Shown piece by piece: positions 48,711 through 57,663 of a DNA stretch of 64,000 nt. The position numbers and the translations under genes are program-made. Position 1 is the stretch's first letter. Each line of letters begins with the position of its first letter. The notes under the pieces were generated by a model. It was given only the letters and a program-made list of their open reading frames with translations, did no database searches and was not told where the DNA came from. Origin of the DNA: Gammaproteobacteria bacterium (lineage in GTDB: Bacteria > Pseudomonadota > Gammaproteobacteria > Natronospirales > JAJUFS01); assembly GCA_036381175.1 (NCBI GenBank), contig DASVDI010000006.1:47237-111236 (forward strand), read 5' to 3'.

Positions 48711-48721
48711 CTTCAGATAGC

Positions 48722-48757
48722 AAAAAAAAACGCCCGGCTCGCCGGGCGTTTTTTTTT
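48722..48757. terminator. bidirectional rho-independent terminator
   Basis: A9-CGCCCGGC-TC-GCCGGGCG-T9. Confidence 0.8.
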
Positions 48758-48797
48758 GCAGCAAAGACCGGTGCTTCATCGTGCAAAACGAAGCGAT

Positions 48798-48823
48798 GTA
48801 GGAGCGGCATCCTGCCGCGAATC
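48798..48823. repeat. REP, family C single copy (GTAGGAGCGGCATCCTGCCGCGAAT)
   Basis: Same core as the inverted pair at 55354..55410. Confidence 0.7.
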
Positions 48824-48861
48824 TTCACAAAACTCTCGCGGCTCTGCGCACGATCAACCAC

Positions 48862-48974
48862 CAAAAATCCGGAAAACCCTGAACGGCACCGCCAGAAACT
48901 CTCCGTATGCTGACCCTCCCGGCGGCGCTGCCGCGCATGCCGCACGGAACGACACAACCCACGGAGGGATTGTC
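48862..48974 (+). promoter_or_regulatory. conserved leader, copy 2
   Basis: Aligns with 46563..46676. CTGAAC at 48879, CGTA at 48904, CCCTCC at 48914..48919 and GGAGGG at 48963..48968. Confidence 0.45.
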
Positions 48975-50792
48975 ATGCATACGAAAATACCGGCCCGCCT
49001 TGTGGCGGTAATTCTTTCTTCTTTATTGTTTACGGCTTGTGGTGGCGGAGGTGGCGGCAACACGTTGCCTGTGGCGAATGCCGGTACCGATCAGGCGGTC
49101 GACGACAACACAACGGTAACGCTTGATGCATCCGCATCAACTAACACGGACGGGGGCACCTTGACCTACGCCTGGGCACAATCGTCAGGGCCGTCCGTGA
49201 CACTCTCGGATCCAAGCGCCGAGAAGCCGACATTTGTCGCACCGGTCATCAGTGGAGGTACATCGCTGACATTCGACGTTACGGTAAGCGATGCCTCTGA
49301 TGCGAGCGATACCGATTCCGTAACCATCACCGTCAATGACGTCACGCCTGCTGTCGCGACATTGGCGCCGGATTACACGGCCAGCACACCGATCACCTGG
49401 ACCTTCAACGAATCCATGGATCCCGAATCGCTGCAACTGAGCGGCACGCTTGCCGCTCTTGGCGATGGCGGCGCCTGGTCCACGACAAACGTTGAAAACG
49501 ACACGCTTGCGCTTTCGCCGGTGGACGCAACATCACTGACGTCCGGTTGGGAAAGCGGCGTGCAGACTGTCGGGTTCACTGTGGCGGACACCCGCGGGAA
49601 TGTAACGACAGTGATCGACTACCCGCTGCAGATTCGGCTCGTGTTCGAAAATTTCCAGCCCGCCGAAAATGTCATCGGGCAACTGGATTTCGTCTCGGGA
49701 GAAAAACATCGGGGCGGGGCCGCGAAGAACGGAACATTTGCCGGACCACATGGCAACGCGGGCTATGACGCTGTCACGGGCCTGCTCTTCCTCACGGACT
49801 ACGAAGCCGAGCGCGTGCTCGCCTACTCAGGTATTCCCGCTGTAGATGGCGCCGATGCCGTATTCGTTGTCGGGCAGCCTGATTTCACCACCGTGGACTC
49901 ACGTCCGGTGAGCGCGACGTCCTTTTCAGGGCCAGGTTCGACGCAATCATATGAAGGCCGGCTCGTCGTCGCGGACAACGAGCATAGCCGGATCGTCATT
50001 TACGACAACCTGCCGTCATTGCTCAGTGGCAGTCCCGCCGTCATCGGTACTGTCCTCGGACAGAACTCGCTGGATTCCGACAATGCCGCGTGTTCGCAGA
50101 TGGGCCTGAGTGCGCCGGTTGCGCAACATATAACACCGGACGGCAAGCTGATTGTCGCGGATATCGACAATCACCGCGTGATGATCTGGAACACGTTACC
50201 GGAAGCCGGCCAACATGGCGCACCGGCGGATATCGTGCTCGGGCAAGAGAATTTCGATACGTGTGAATCCAATAGAGGGCTGGATGTACCGTCAGCGGAA
50301 AGTCTTTCTTATCCCTCGGGCATATGGAGCGATGGCCAACGGTTGGTCGTGCTTGATTACAACAACAGAGCGCTTCTCTGGAACGTATTCCCGACCGAAT
50401 CCGGGCAAGCAGCTGATCACGTCATTGGTCAGAAGGATTTCACATTGATGGCAGAAAATGATGGCGATGGTGACGGCACGGCGGATGAAATGCCCTCGCC
50501 GCGCACTCTCTCCGGCCCTTATGTCGGCGTCCATTCAAACGGAGTACAGCTTTTCATTACGGATTCGGAAAACAACCGCGTGCTGATCTGGAACAATTTT
50601 CCGACTCAGGATTTTCAACTCGCGGATGCCGTATTGGGACAACCTGACTTCGTCAGTTCGAGTAGGAATCTTGGCGAGACCACTCCAACAGCCAGCAGCC
50701 TGAATTTTCCCAGCGGGGTGATGACAATACGCAACAAGCTTGTCATTTCGGATTACGAGAATTCGCGGTTCCTGGTGTTCGAATCACGGTAG
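48975..50792 (+). CDS. lipoprotein: PKD/Ig-like domains plus six-bladed NHL-type beta-propeller
   Basis: Start at MHTKIPARLVAVILSSLLFTACGGGGGG, which parallels the N-terminus of the upstream paralog. PKD-like segment VANAGTDQAVDDNTTVTLDASAS. Six blades with the xDxxNxRVLxW pattern: TDYEAERVLAY, ADNEHSRIVIY, ADIDNHRVMIW, LDYNNRALLW, TDSENNRVLIW and SDYENSRFLVF. Confidence 0.75.
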   Translation: MHTKIPARLVAVILSSLLFTACGGGGGGNTLPVANAGTDQAVDDNTTVTLDASASTNTDGGTLTYAWAQSSGPSVTLSDPSAEKPTFVAPVISGGTSLTFDVTVSDASDASDTDSVTITVNDVTPAVATLAPDYTASTPITWTFNESMDPESLQLSGTLAALGDGGAWSTTNVENDTLALSPVDATSLTSGWESGVQTVGFTVADTRGNVTTVIDYPLQIRLVFENFQPAENVIGQLDFVSGEKHRGGAAKNGTFAGPHGNAGYDAVTGLLFLTDYEAERVLAYSGIPAVDGADAVFVVGQPDFTTVDSRPVSATSFSGPGSTQSYEGRLVVADNEHSRIVIYDNLPSLLSGSPAVIGTVLGQNSLDSDNAACSQMGLSAPVAQHITPDGKLIVADIDNHRVMIWNTLPEAGQHGAPADIVLGQENFDTCESNRGLDVPSAESLSYPSGIWSDGQRLVVLDYNNRALLWNVFPTESGQAADHVIGQKDFTLMAENDGDGDGTADEMPSPRTLSGPYVGVHSNGVQLFITDSENNRVLIWNNFPTQDFQLADAVLGQPDFVSSSRNLGETTPTASSLNFPSGVMTIRNKLVISDYENSRFLVFESR

Positions 50793-50821
50793 TGCTTGAA
50801 ACCTGGAAGCTGATGTATTTG

Positions 50822-50847
50822 AACCGCCCCTTCGGGGCGGTTTTTTA
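50822..50847 (+). terminator. rho-independent terminator
   Basis: AACCGCCCC-TTCG-GGGCGGTT followed by TTTTAT. Confidence 0.85.
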
Positions 50848-50886
50848 TCGAGCGTATATCGCTCGTGCGCTACGCTCACCCGCAAC

Positions 50887-51522
50887 CTACTTCGCATCCG
50901 GCTCCAGCAGCGGCGCCAACACCGGCCATACATTCTCCAGCAACGTCATTTGCGCATCCGAGTTCGGATGTATGCCGTCGTCCTGCATCAGCTCCGGTTT
51001 CAGCGCCACGCCATCAAGAAAGAACGGCAGGAAGGGAACCTGCGTGCTGTTGGCGAGGTCCACAAACACTTGATGAAAGCGTTCGGTGTACGCCGGGCCG
51101 TAGTTCGCGGGGATTCGCATGCCGAGCAGCAGCACCTCGGCGCCGGATTCACGGCTGAGGCCGATCAACGCGGCGAGGTTTTCGTGCATCACATCAGGCG
51201 GAAAGCCGCGCAGGCCGTCGTTGCCGCCGAGTTCGATGACGACGAGTTCGGGATCGTGCACGTCCAGCGCGCGCGGCAATCTCGAAAGTGCGCCGCGCGT
51301 GGTATCGCCGCTGATGCTCGCGTTGATGACGCGATGCGGATAGCCTTCCGCCTCGAGCTTTTGCGCAAGCAGGCTCACCCAGCCTTCGCCGGGCGCGAGG
51401 CCATAGCCTGCGGAAAGCGAATCACCCACGATCAGCACGGTCGGAGCGCTGTCCTGCTCCTCCGCCGCGAGCGGAACCGCAGGCAGCAACAGGATCAACC
51501 ACAAGAGAGATCGCAACAGCAT
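50887..51522 (-). CDS. tesA: SGNH/GDSL arylesterase-thioesterase (TesA-like), secreted
   Basis: Signal peptide MLLRSLLWLILLLPAVPLAA. Block I is LIVGDSLSAGYG, block III is ELGGNDGLRG and block V is DGIHPN. Divergent from ybbA, as in E. coli. Confidence 0.85.
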   Translation of the reverse strand: MLLRSLLWLILLLPAVPLAAEEQDSAPTVLIVGDSLSAGYGLAPGEGWVSLLAQKLEAEGYPHRVINASISGDTTRGALSRLPRALDVHDPELVVIELGGNDGLRGFPPDVMHENLAALIGLSRESGAEVLLLGMRIPANYGPAYTERFHQVFVDLANSTQVPFLPFFLDGVALKPELMQDDGIHPNSDAQMTLLENVWPVLAPLLEPDAK

Positions 51523-52210
51523 GACGCACTCCAGCAAAGATTCACTGCTCATCGTTGATGACCTTGGCAAGGCCGTCAACAGTCCCGAGGGACGATTGAC
51601 CATTTTGAGCGACGTGAGTTTCACGGTTTCGGCGGGCGACACGATTGCCGTGGTCGGCGCGTCGGGTTCCGGCAAATCCACGCTGCTTGGCCTGCTCGCG
51701 GGCCTGGACGAGCCAACGTCCGGCAGCGTGGTGATTTCCGGCAGCAATCTCAACGATCTTGATGAAGACGGCCGCGCGAAACTGCGTGCCGAACGCGTCG
51801 GGTTCGTGTTCCAGTCGTTTCATTTGCTGCCCGCGCTGACGGCGCTTGAAAACGTGATGCTGCCGCTGGAACTCGCCGGCGACAAAAAAGCGCGTGGCCG
51901 CGCGCTGGAAGTGCTCGCGGAAGTCGGCCTTGCCGGGCGCGTCGATCATTACCCGAATCAACTCTCCGGCGGCGAGCAGCAGCGCGTCGCCATCGCGCGC
52001 GCCTTCGCGACGGAACCGAAAATTCTCTTCGCCGACGAGCCGACAGGCTCACTCGATACGCGCACGGGCGACAAGATCATCGAACTGCTCTTCGATCTCA
52101 ATGCGCGCCGCGGCACGACGCTGGTGCTGGTCACGCACGACGAACATCTCGCCGCGCGCTGCGACCGCATTCTCACGCTCGACGCTGGCCGTTTGCAGGC
52201 GGCAGCATGA
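51521..52210 (+). CDS. ybbA: ABC transporter ATP-binding protein (YbbA/LolD-like)
   Basis: Walker A GASGSGKST, signature LSGGEQQRVAIARA and Walker B ILFADEPTGSLD. Confidence 0.9.
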   Translation: MTHSSKDSLLIVDDLGKAVNSPEGRLTILSDVSFTVSAGDTIAVVGASGSGKSTLLGLLAGLDEPTSGSVVISGSNLNDLDEDGRAKLRAERVGFVFQSFHLLPALTALENVMLPLELAGDKKARGRALEVLAEVGLAGRVDHYPNQLSGGEQQRVAIARAFATEPKILFADEPTGSLDTRTGDKIIELLFDLNARRGTTLVLVTHDEHLAARCDRILTLDAGRLQAAA

Positions 52211-52226
52211 AGCCGAAAGCGGCGTT

Positions 52227-52310
52227 GTAGGGCGGATTAGCCGCAGGCGTAATCTGCCATTACGAGAGGATGGCGGATTACGCGAGCTGGCGCTCGCTAA
52301 TCCGCCCTAC
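52227..52310. repeat. REP pair, family B (GTAGGGCGGATTAGCCGCAGGCGTAATCTGCC), inverted doublet
   Basis: GTAGGGCGGATTAGCCGCAGGCGTAATCTGCCATTAC ... ATGGCGGATTACGCGAGCTGGCGCTCGCTAATCCGCCCTAC. Confidence 0.8.
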
Positions 52311-52354
52311 GGATACGTTGCTTCCAAAATGACAATGAAAGGCACAACAAAGAA

Positions 52355-54847
52355 ATGAACCCAGTCACCCTGGCAATCCGCCAACTGCGCCGCGAATGGC
52401 GCTCGGGCGAACTCGCGGTGTTAATTGCAGCGCTCGTGATCGCCGTCGGCGCGTTGTCGTCGGTGGGATTCGCGACGGATCGCGTGCGACAAAGCGTGGA
52501 ACGGCGCGCGGCGGAATCACTGGCGGCGGATATTGTCATTCGCTCGCGCAATGAAATCTCCGAATCCTTTGAGCAAACCGCGCGCGAACTCGGTCTGCAA
52601 ACGGCTCGCACGCTGGAATTCCCGAGCGTGATCACCACGCCCGAGCGCGGCCAGCTCGCGGAAATCCGCGCCGTCACGGACGGCTATCCACTGCGCGGCC
52701 GCCTGAAAATTTCCGAACGCGCCTATGGCGTTGCGAGCGAAACCGACGCGCTGCCCGGGCCCGGTGAAATCTGGGCGGAACCGCGTCTCGTCGGCGCGCT
52801 CGGCATCGAGACCGGCGATGAAGTCCGCGTCGGTGCGAAAACCTTCACGCTCACGCGCGTGATTTCCTACGCGCCGGACCAGGGTTTTTCGTTCGTGGAT
52901 ATCGCGCCGATGCTCGTGATGCGCAGGGACGATCTTGAAGGCACGCAATTGCTCGGCCCCGCGAGCCGTGTTTCGCATCGCTTGCTGGTTGCGGGCGCGC
53001 GCGGCGCGGTGGACGCGTACCGTGAAGCCGTCGAACCCGAACTCGAATCCGGTCAGCGCCTGCAGGATATTGACGATGCGCGTCCGGAACTCGCGCGCGC
53101 CGTGGAGCGCGCTGACCGCTTTCTCAATCTCGCCGCATTGGTCGCGGTGCTGCTCGCGGGCGTCGCCATTGCCATGGCGGCGCGCCGTTACGCGACACGT
53201 GAAACCGACACCGTCGCGATTCTCAAATGTCTGGGTGCGAGCCGGCGCGAGGTGCTGTGGGGCTATCTCGCGCAACTGTTGTTGATCGCGATCGGCGCGG
53301 GGCTCGCCGGCATCGTGCTCGGCTACGGCGCGCAGGCGCTGCTGTTGTATCTCGTGAAAGACCTCATCGGCCAAGCATTGCCGGCGGCCTCATTGGCGTC
53401 CGCGCCGTGGTCGCTCGCGCTCGGCGTCATCATCCTCGCAGGTTTTGGTTTGCCGCCAGTGCTCGGACTCGTGCGCACGGCGCCGATCCGCGTGCTGCGT
53501 CGTGATGTGGGCGGCGTGCCTGTCACCGGCTGGCTGGTGTATTCCATTGCGCTCGCTGCGATTGCCGCGATTCTCGTCACCGAAACCGGCGATCTGGAAC
53601 TCTCGCTGTACGTGCTCGGCAGCGGCGCGGGCGGTGCGTTGCTGCTCGCGCTCGGCGCGGCCGCGCTGGTCCTTGTACTCAACCGTTTCCGTCGCGGTGT
53701 TGGCGTCGCGTGGCGGTTCGGCGTGGCGAGTATTGCCCGGCGGCGACGCGATTCCATCGTGCAGGTGATGGCGTTCGGTCTCGGCATGCTGGTGCTGTTG
53801 CTGCTCGCGGTGGTGCGCACTGATCTTCTCGAAAGCTGGCAGGCGATGCTGCCGGAAGATGCGCCCAATCATTTTATGGTGAACATCCAGCCGGAGCAGC
53901 GCGACGGTATTCGCGAATTCTTCCGTGAACGAAATATCGACGCGCCGAACATGCAGGCGATGGTTCGCTCGCGCCTGACCGCCATCAACGGCACGCCGAT
54001 TACGGAAATTGATTTCTCCGGGCCGGAAAGCTCCGAACGCTTCGCCGAGCGCGAGCAGAACCTTTCCTGGGCAGGCGAGCTTTCGGACAGCAACACCGTC
54101 ATCGCTGGCGAATGGTGGACGCCAACCGAATACGGCGAGCCGCTGGTTTCGCTCGAAGAGGAAGCGGCGATGCGGCTCGGTGTCGCGCTTGGTGATGAAC
54201 TCACCTACGACATCGCTGGCGAGCAGATCACCGTGACGGTCGACAGTATCCGGCAGATCGACTGGGATTCCTTCGAGCCGAATTTCTTCATGGTCGTGCC
54301 GCCCGGTTTGCTGGAAGGCTATCCCGCGACCTTCCTCACCAGCGTTTACCTGCCGCGTGAACAAGCGCCGATGCTGCTGGAACTGGTGCGGGAATATCCG
54401 TCGGTAACCGTGGTGGATCTCGATTCGATCATGGCGCAGGTGAAAAGCGTCATGGACCAGGCGGCACTCGCGGTGGAGTACATTTTCCTGTTCACGCTCG
54501 CCGCCGGTGTGCTGGTGCTGCTGGCCGCCGTGCAATCCACGCGCGAGGAACGGCGCTTCGAATCCGCGGTGCTCAGAACGCTGGGCGCCACGCAGCGGAC
54601 CGTGCTCGCCGGCGTTGTCGCGGAATTCACGCTGCTCGGCCTGCTGGCCGCAGCGCTCGCGGTCGTGGCGGCCTCGGTATCCGGCTGGCTGCTGGCCACG
54701 CGCGTTTTCTCGCTGGATTACCAGACCAGTCCCGGGGTCTGGCTGATCGGGCTTGTGGCTGGCACACTGTTCGTCGGAGCGACCGGCGTCCTCGCCACCC
54801 GGCGAGTCGTGCGGCAACCGCCCTTGCTGACACTACGACAACGATGA
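52355..54847 (+). CDS. ybbP: ABC transporter permease, FtsX-like, duplicated (YbbP-like)
   Basis: 830 aa containing two FtsX-type 4-TM modules, each preceded by a large periplasmic loop. Lies downstream of ybbA. Confidence 0.85.
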   Translation: MNPVTLAIRQLRREWRSGELAVLIAALVIAVGALSSVGFATDRVRQSVERRAAESLAADIVIRSRNEISESFEQTARELGLQTARTLEFPSVITTPERGQLAEIRAVTDGYPLRGRLKISERAYGVASETDALPGPGEIWAEPRLVGALGIETGDEVRVGAKTFTLTRVISYAPDQGFSFVDIAPMLVMRRDDLEGTQLLGPASRVSHRLLVAGARGAVDAYREAVEPELESGQRLQDIDDARPELARAVERADRFLNLAALVAVLLAGVAIAMAARRYATRETDTVAILKCLGASRREVLWGYLAQLLLIAIGAGLAGIVLGYGAQALLLYLVKDLIGQALPAASLASAPWSLALGVIILAGFGLPPVLGLVRTAPIRVLRRDVGGVPVTGWLVYSIALAAIAAILVTETGDLELSLYVLGSGAGGALLLALGAAALVLVLNRFRRGVGVAWRFGVASIARRRRDSIVQVMAFGLGMLVLLLLAVVRTDLLESWQAMLPEDAPNHFMVNIQPEQRDGIREFFRERNIDAPNMQAMVRSRLTAINGTPITEIDFSGPESSERFAEREQNLSWAGELSDSNTVIAGEWWTPTEYGEPLVSLEEEAAMRLGVALGDELTYDIAGEQITVTVDSIRQIDWDSFEPNFFMVVPPGLLEGYPATFLTSVYLPREQAPMLLELVREYPSVTVVDLDSIMAQVKSVMDQAALAVEYIFLFTLAAGVLVLLAAVQSTREERRFESAVLRTLGATQRTVLAGVVAEFTLLGLLAAALAVVAASVSGWLLATRVFSLDYQTSPGVWLIGLVAGTLFVGATGVLATRRVVRQPPLLTLRQR

Positions 54848-55326
54848 ATGCAAACCGACATCCTGCACGCAGCCACGCCGAGAAACGTCTCAGTGCCGGC
54901 ACCATCGTTGTCAGGGAGTCGGAACACGGTTTGTTGTTTCTCCTGTTGCGCGCCTTCAAGCACTGGGATTTCCCGAAGGGCATGGTCGAGGACGACGAAA
55001 CGCCGCTCGAAGCCGCGCAACGCGAAACCACCGAGGAATCCGGCATCACGGAGCTCGACTTCCGCTGGGGCGAGGATTTCTTCGAAACGCCGCCGTACAA
55101 CCGCGGCAAGGTCGCGCGGTATTACATCGCGCACACGACGCAGGATGCCGTGAGCATCGCGCCGAACCCTGTGACCGGCGAGCTCGAACACGTCGAGTTT
55201 CGCTGGGTGAGTTTCGAGCAGGCATGGCGGCTGGTGTCGCCGCGCGTGCAGAAAGTGCTGAACTGGGCGGCCACGCAGCTTGATCTCGATTCGGACGGGA
55301 TGCCGGCGTCAAGCAGTGAGCGGTGA
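54844..55326 (+). CDS. NUDIX hydrolase (Ap4A hydrolase-like)
   Basis: Nudix box GMVEDDETPLEAAQRETTEESGI (GX5EX7REUXEEXGU). Confidence 0.85.
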   Translation: MNANRHPARSHAEKRLSAGTIVVRESEHGLLFLLLRAFKHWDFPKGMVEDDETPLEAAQRETTEESGITELDFRWGEDFFETPPYNRGKVARYYIAHTTQDAVSIAPNPVTGELEHVEFRWVSFEQAWRLVSPRVQKVLNWAATQLDLDSDGMPASSSER

Positions 55327-55353
55327 CACGCATCACCCAGTGGTCGAAGACAT

Positions 55354-55410
55354 GTGGGAGCGGCATCCTGCCGCGAATATCGAAAAATCGCGGCAGGATA
55401 CCGCTCCCAC
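55354..55410. repeat. REP pair, family C (GTGGGAGCGGCATCCTGCCGCGAAT), inverted doublet
   Basis: GTGGGAGCGGCATCCTGCCGCGAAT...ATCGCGGCAGGATACCGCTCCCAC. Confidence 0.8.
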
Positions 55411-55473
55411 AGAACGTCGATAACCATCGTCTCGCGCCTCCCGGTGTAAGATGTTGAAAACCCGCCTCGCATT

Positions 55474-56088
55474 GTGAACATCATGAACATCCGCGTTCTC
55501 GGCAGAATCTTCTTCACCGGCCTGGTAACCGTGCTCCCGATCGCGATCACCGTCGCCGTGCTGTGGTGGCTCGGGTCCGCCGCCGAAAAGCTGCTCGGCG
55601 CGGTGGTGATCTGGCTCATTCCGAATGCCTGGTACGTACCTGGAATGGGCATCCTGCTCGGCATCCTGCTGATTTTCAGCATCGGGCTGCTGGCGCGCGC
55701 CTGGCTGTTCCGGAAAATCTTCGGGCTATGGGACGGCCTGTTCAACCGCATTCCGCTGGTGAAAACTGTTTACGGCGCGGTGCAGGATTTCATGAAGTTC
55801 ATTTCCGGCGGCGGCAAGCATTTCGATCGCGTGGTCATGGTCGATCTTGACGGTCATCGCATCATCGGCTTCGTGACCTGCGAGGATTCCGAAACCCTGC
55901 CCGCTCCGCTCGGCGAAGATGATCGCATCGCGGTTTATTTTCCGATGAGTTACCAGATCGGCGGCTACACGATCTTCGTGCCGCGTGATCGCGTCACGCC
56001 CGTCGAGATGGGCATGGAAACCGCGATGCGTTTCGTGGTGACGGCAGGTTTGTCCGGCGGCAAGGACAGCGATTCGCGCAAGTCATGA
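55474..56088 (+). CDS. DUF502-family membrane protein
   Basis: Two N-terminal TM segments with GLVTVLPIAITV, then the motif IPLVKTVYGAVQDF. GTG start. An ATG at 55483 is an alternative. Confidence 0.75.
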   Translation: MNIMNIRVLGRIFFTGLVTVLPIAITVAVLWWLGSAAEKLLGAVVIWLIPNAWYVPGMGILLGILLIFSIGLLARAWLFRKIFGLWDGLFNRIPLVKTVYGAVQDFMKFISGGGKHFDRVVMVDLDGHRIIGFVTCEDSETLPAPLGEDDRIAVYFPMSYQIGGYTIFVPRDRVTPVEMGMETAMRFVVTAGLSGGKDSDSRKS

Positions 56089-57038
56089 AAGGTGTATTTC
56101 TCGACTTTGCGACGGTCTCGAACGGCGACATTGACCCAGCGCCGTTGCACGATTCTCTCGACTCCCTCGTGTTGCACGACGTAACCGCACCGCGCGATCT
56201 TCCCGCACGCGTCAAAGACGCGAATGTGATTCTCGCGAACAAGTGCCGCATCGGTGCCGCCGAAATGGACGCAGCGCCCGAACTTCAACTCATCGCCCTC
56301 GCCGCGACCGGCTACAACAACATCGACATCGACGCCGCAAAAGCGCGCGGCATTGCCGTGACAAACATTCGCGCTTATTGCACGCCGGCGGTTGCGCAAC
56401 ATGTGTTCGCGTTGCTGCTCGCGCTCAACCAGAACATCGACGGTTACCGGCGTCTGCTTTCGAACGGCACGTGGAAGAAATCACCGCAGTTCACGCTGCT
56501 GGATTTCCCGTTCCATGAGCTGAACGGCCGCGTGCTCGGCATCATCGGTCATGGCGAACTCGGCAAGGCCGTCGCGCGTATTGCCGAGGCCTTCGGCATG
56601 CGCGTGATGATCGCTGAGCGCAAGGGCAAGGAGCCGCGTGCGGGACGCACGGCATTCGAAACGGTGTTGCGCGAAGCGGATATCCTGAGCCTGCATTGCC
56701 CGCTGACGCCGGAAACCGAAAAACTGATCGACGCGAATGCATTTTCGATGATGAAAAGCGAGGCGATCCTCATCAACACAGCGCGCGGCGCGCTTGTCGA
56801 TGAAGCGGCGCTGGCCAATGCATTGCGCGCCGGTGAAATCGGCGGTGCGGGAATCGACGTGCTCTCGGAAGAACCGCCGGTACATGGCAATCCCTTGCTC
56901 GATGATTCGATTTCGAACCTCATCGTCACGCCGCACGTTGCCTGGGCGGCAGTTGAGGCACGGCAGCGCGCGATTCAGCAGATGGCGGAATGCATTGCGG
57001 CGTTTCGAAGCGGAAAGAAGTTGAACCGCGTGGTGTAG
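56085..57038 (+). CDS. D-isomer-specific 2-hydroxyacid dehydrogenase (glycerate/hydroxypyruvate reductase-like)
   Basis: NAD-binding GIIGHGELGKAV, a catalytic-region LINTARG motif and TPHVAW. Confidence 0.85.
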   Translation: MKGVFLDFATVSNGDIDPAPLHDSLDSLVLHDVTAPRDLPARVKDANVILANKCRIGAAEMDAAPELQLIALAATGYNNIDIDAAKARGIAVTNIRAYCTPAVAQHVFALLLALNQNIDGYRRLLSNGTWKKSPQFTLLDFPFHELNGRVLGIIGHGELGKAVARIAEAFGMRVMIAERKGKEPRAGRTAFETVLREADILSLHCPLTPETEKLIDANAFSMMKSEAILINTARGALVDEAALANALRAGEIGGAGIDVLSEEPPVHGNPLLDDSISNLIVTPHVAWAAVEARQRAIQQMAECIAAFRSGKKLNRVV

Positions 57039-57115
57039 GTTGGTGTGAGCGCCGCGAACCCCCAACAATTTGTCGCGGTCTGTTCCCGGATTTCGCTCCG
57101 CTCTATCCGGGCTAC
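57035..57115. repeat. REP family A copy (57035..57066) followed by a family D copy (57085..57115)
   Basis: GTAGGTTGGTGTGAGCGCCGCGAACCCCCAAC, then CCCGGATTTCGCTCCGCTCTATCCGGGCTAC. Confidence 0.75.
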
Positions 57116-57143
57116 GCTTTGCAGCGAGTAGTGTTTGTCTTTC

Positions 57144-57653
57144 TTACTCGAACACTAAAAAATTCTTTCGCCCCGCGCCACTTTCGATTCCCTCCAGCGC
57201 CAGCAGCTTCTCCTTGATCGGCAAACCACCGCCATAACCGGTAAGCGAACCGTCCTTGCCGATAACGCGATGACAAGGAATCACGATCGGAATCGGGTTG
57301 CGGCCGTTCGCAAGACCGACTGCACGAACCGCATTCGGATTGCCGATGCTGTTTGCAATGTCCGAATACGAAACGGCCTTCCCGAAGGGAATCGTCATCA
57401 GTGCTTTCCACACGCTTTGCTGAAACACGGTGCCGGCTGGCGCAAGCGGCAAGTCGAAATCCTTTCGCTTGCCCGCGAAATATTCTTCGAGCTGACGAAT
57501 GACTTTCGCGAACGGTGCGACGTTTTCCTTTGCATCATTCGGCGGTTTTGACGGACGCATGCCTGTCGTGAAGCCAATCTCCAGCAGCGCGCCGTTTCCC
57601 TCGACAAGGATCAGGTCGCCAATGAGGCTTTTCATTCGGCACCAATGTTTCAT
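57144..57653 (-). CDS. ogt: methylated-DNA--protein-cysteine methyltransferase
   Basis: Active site IPCHRVIG, and the YGGGL..K..LL motif. Start chosen at MKHW, 6 nt after an AGGA RBS. Confidence 0.9.
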   Translation of the reverse strand: MKHWCRMKSLIGDLILVEGNGALLEIGFTTGMRPSKPPNDAKENVAPFAKVIRQLEEYFAGKRKDFDLPLAPAGTVFQQSVWKALMTIPFGKAVSYSDIANSIGNPNAVRAVGLANGRNPIPIVIPCHRVIGKDGSLTGYGGGLPIKEKLLALEGIESGAGRKNFLVFE

Positions 57654-57663
57654 GTTCATTCCT

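Noticed and set aside
48756-48974. N-terminal 73-codon extension of the NHL-propeller lipoprotein ORF. Similar REP-derived extensions occur on ubiC (16537..16578), ridA (19101..19187) and ada-alkA (59605..60054).
   Set aside because: The extensions translate REP elements or leader DNA, lack an RBS and displace obvious signal peptides or conserved N-termini. Internal starts with an RBS were chosen instead.
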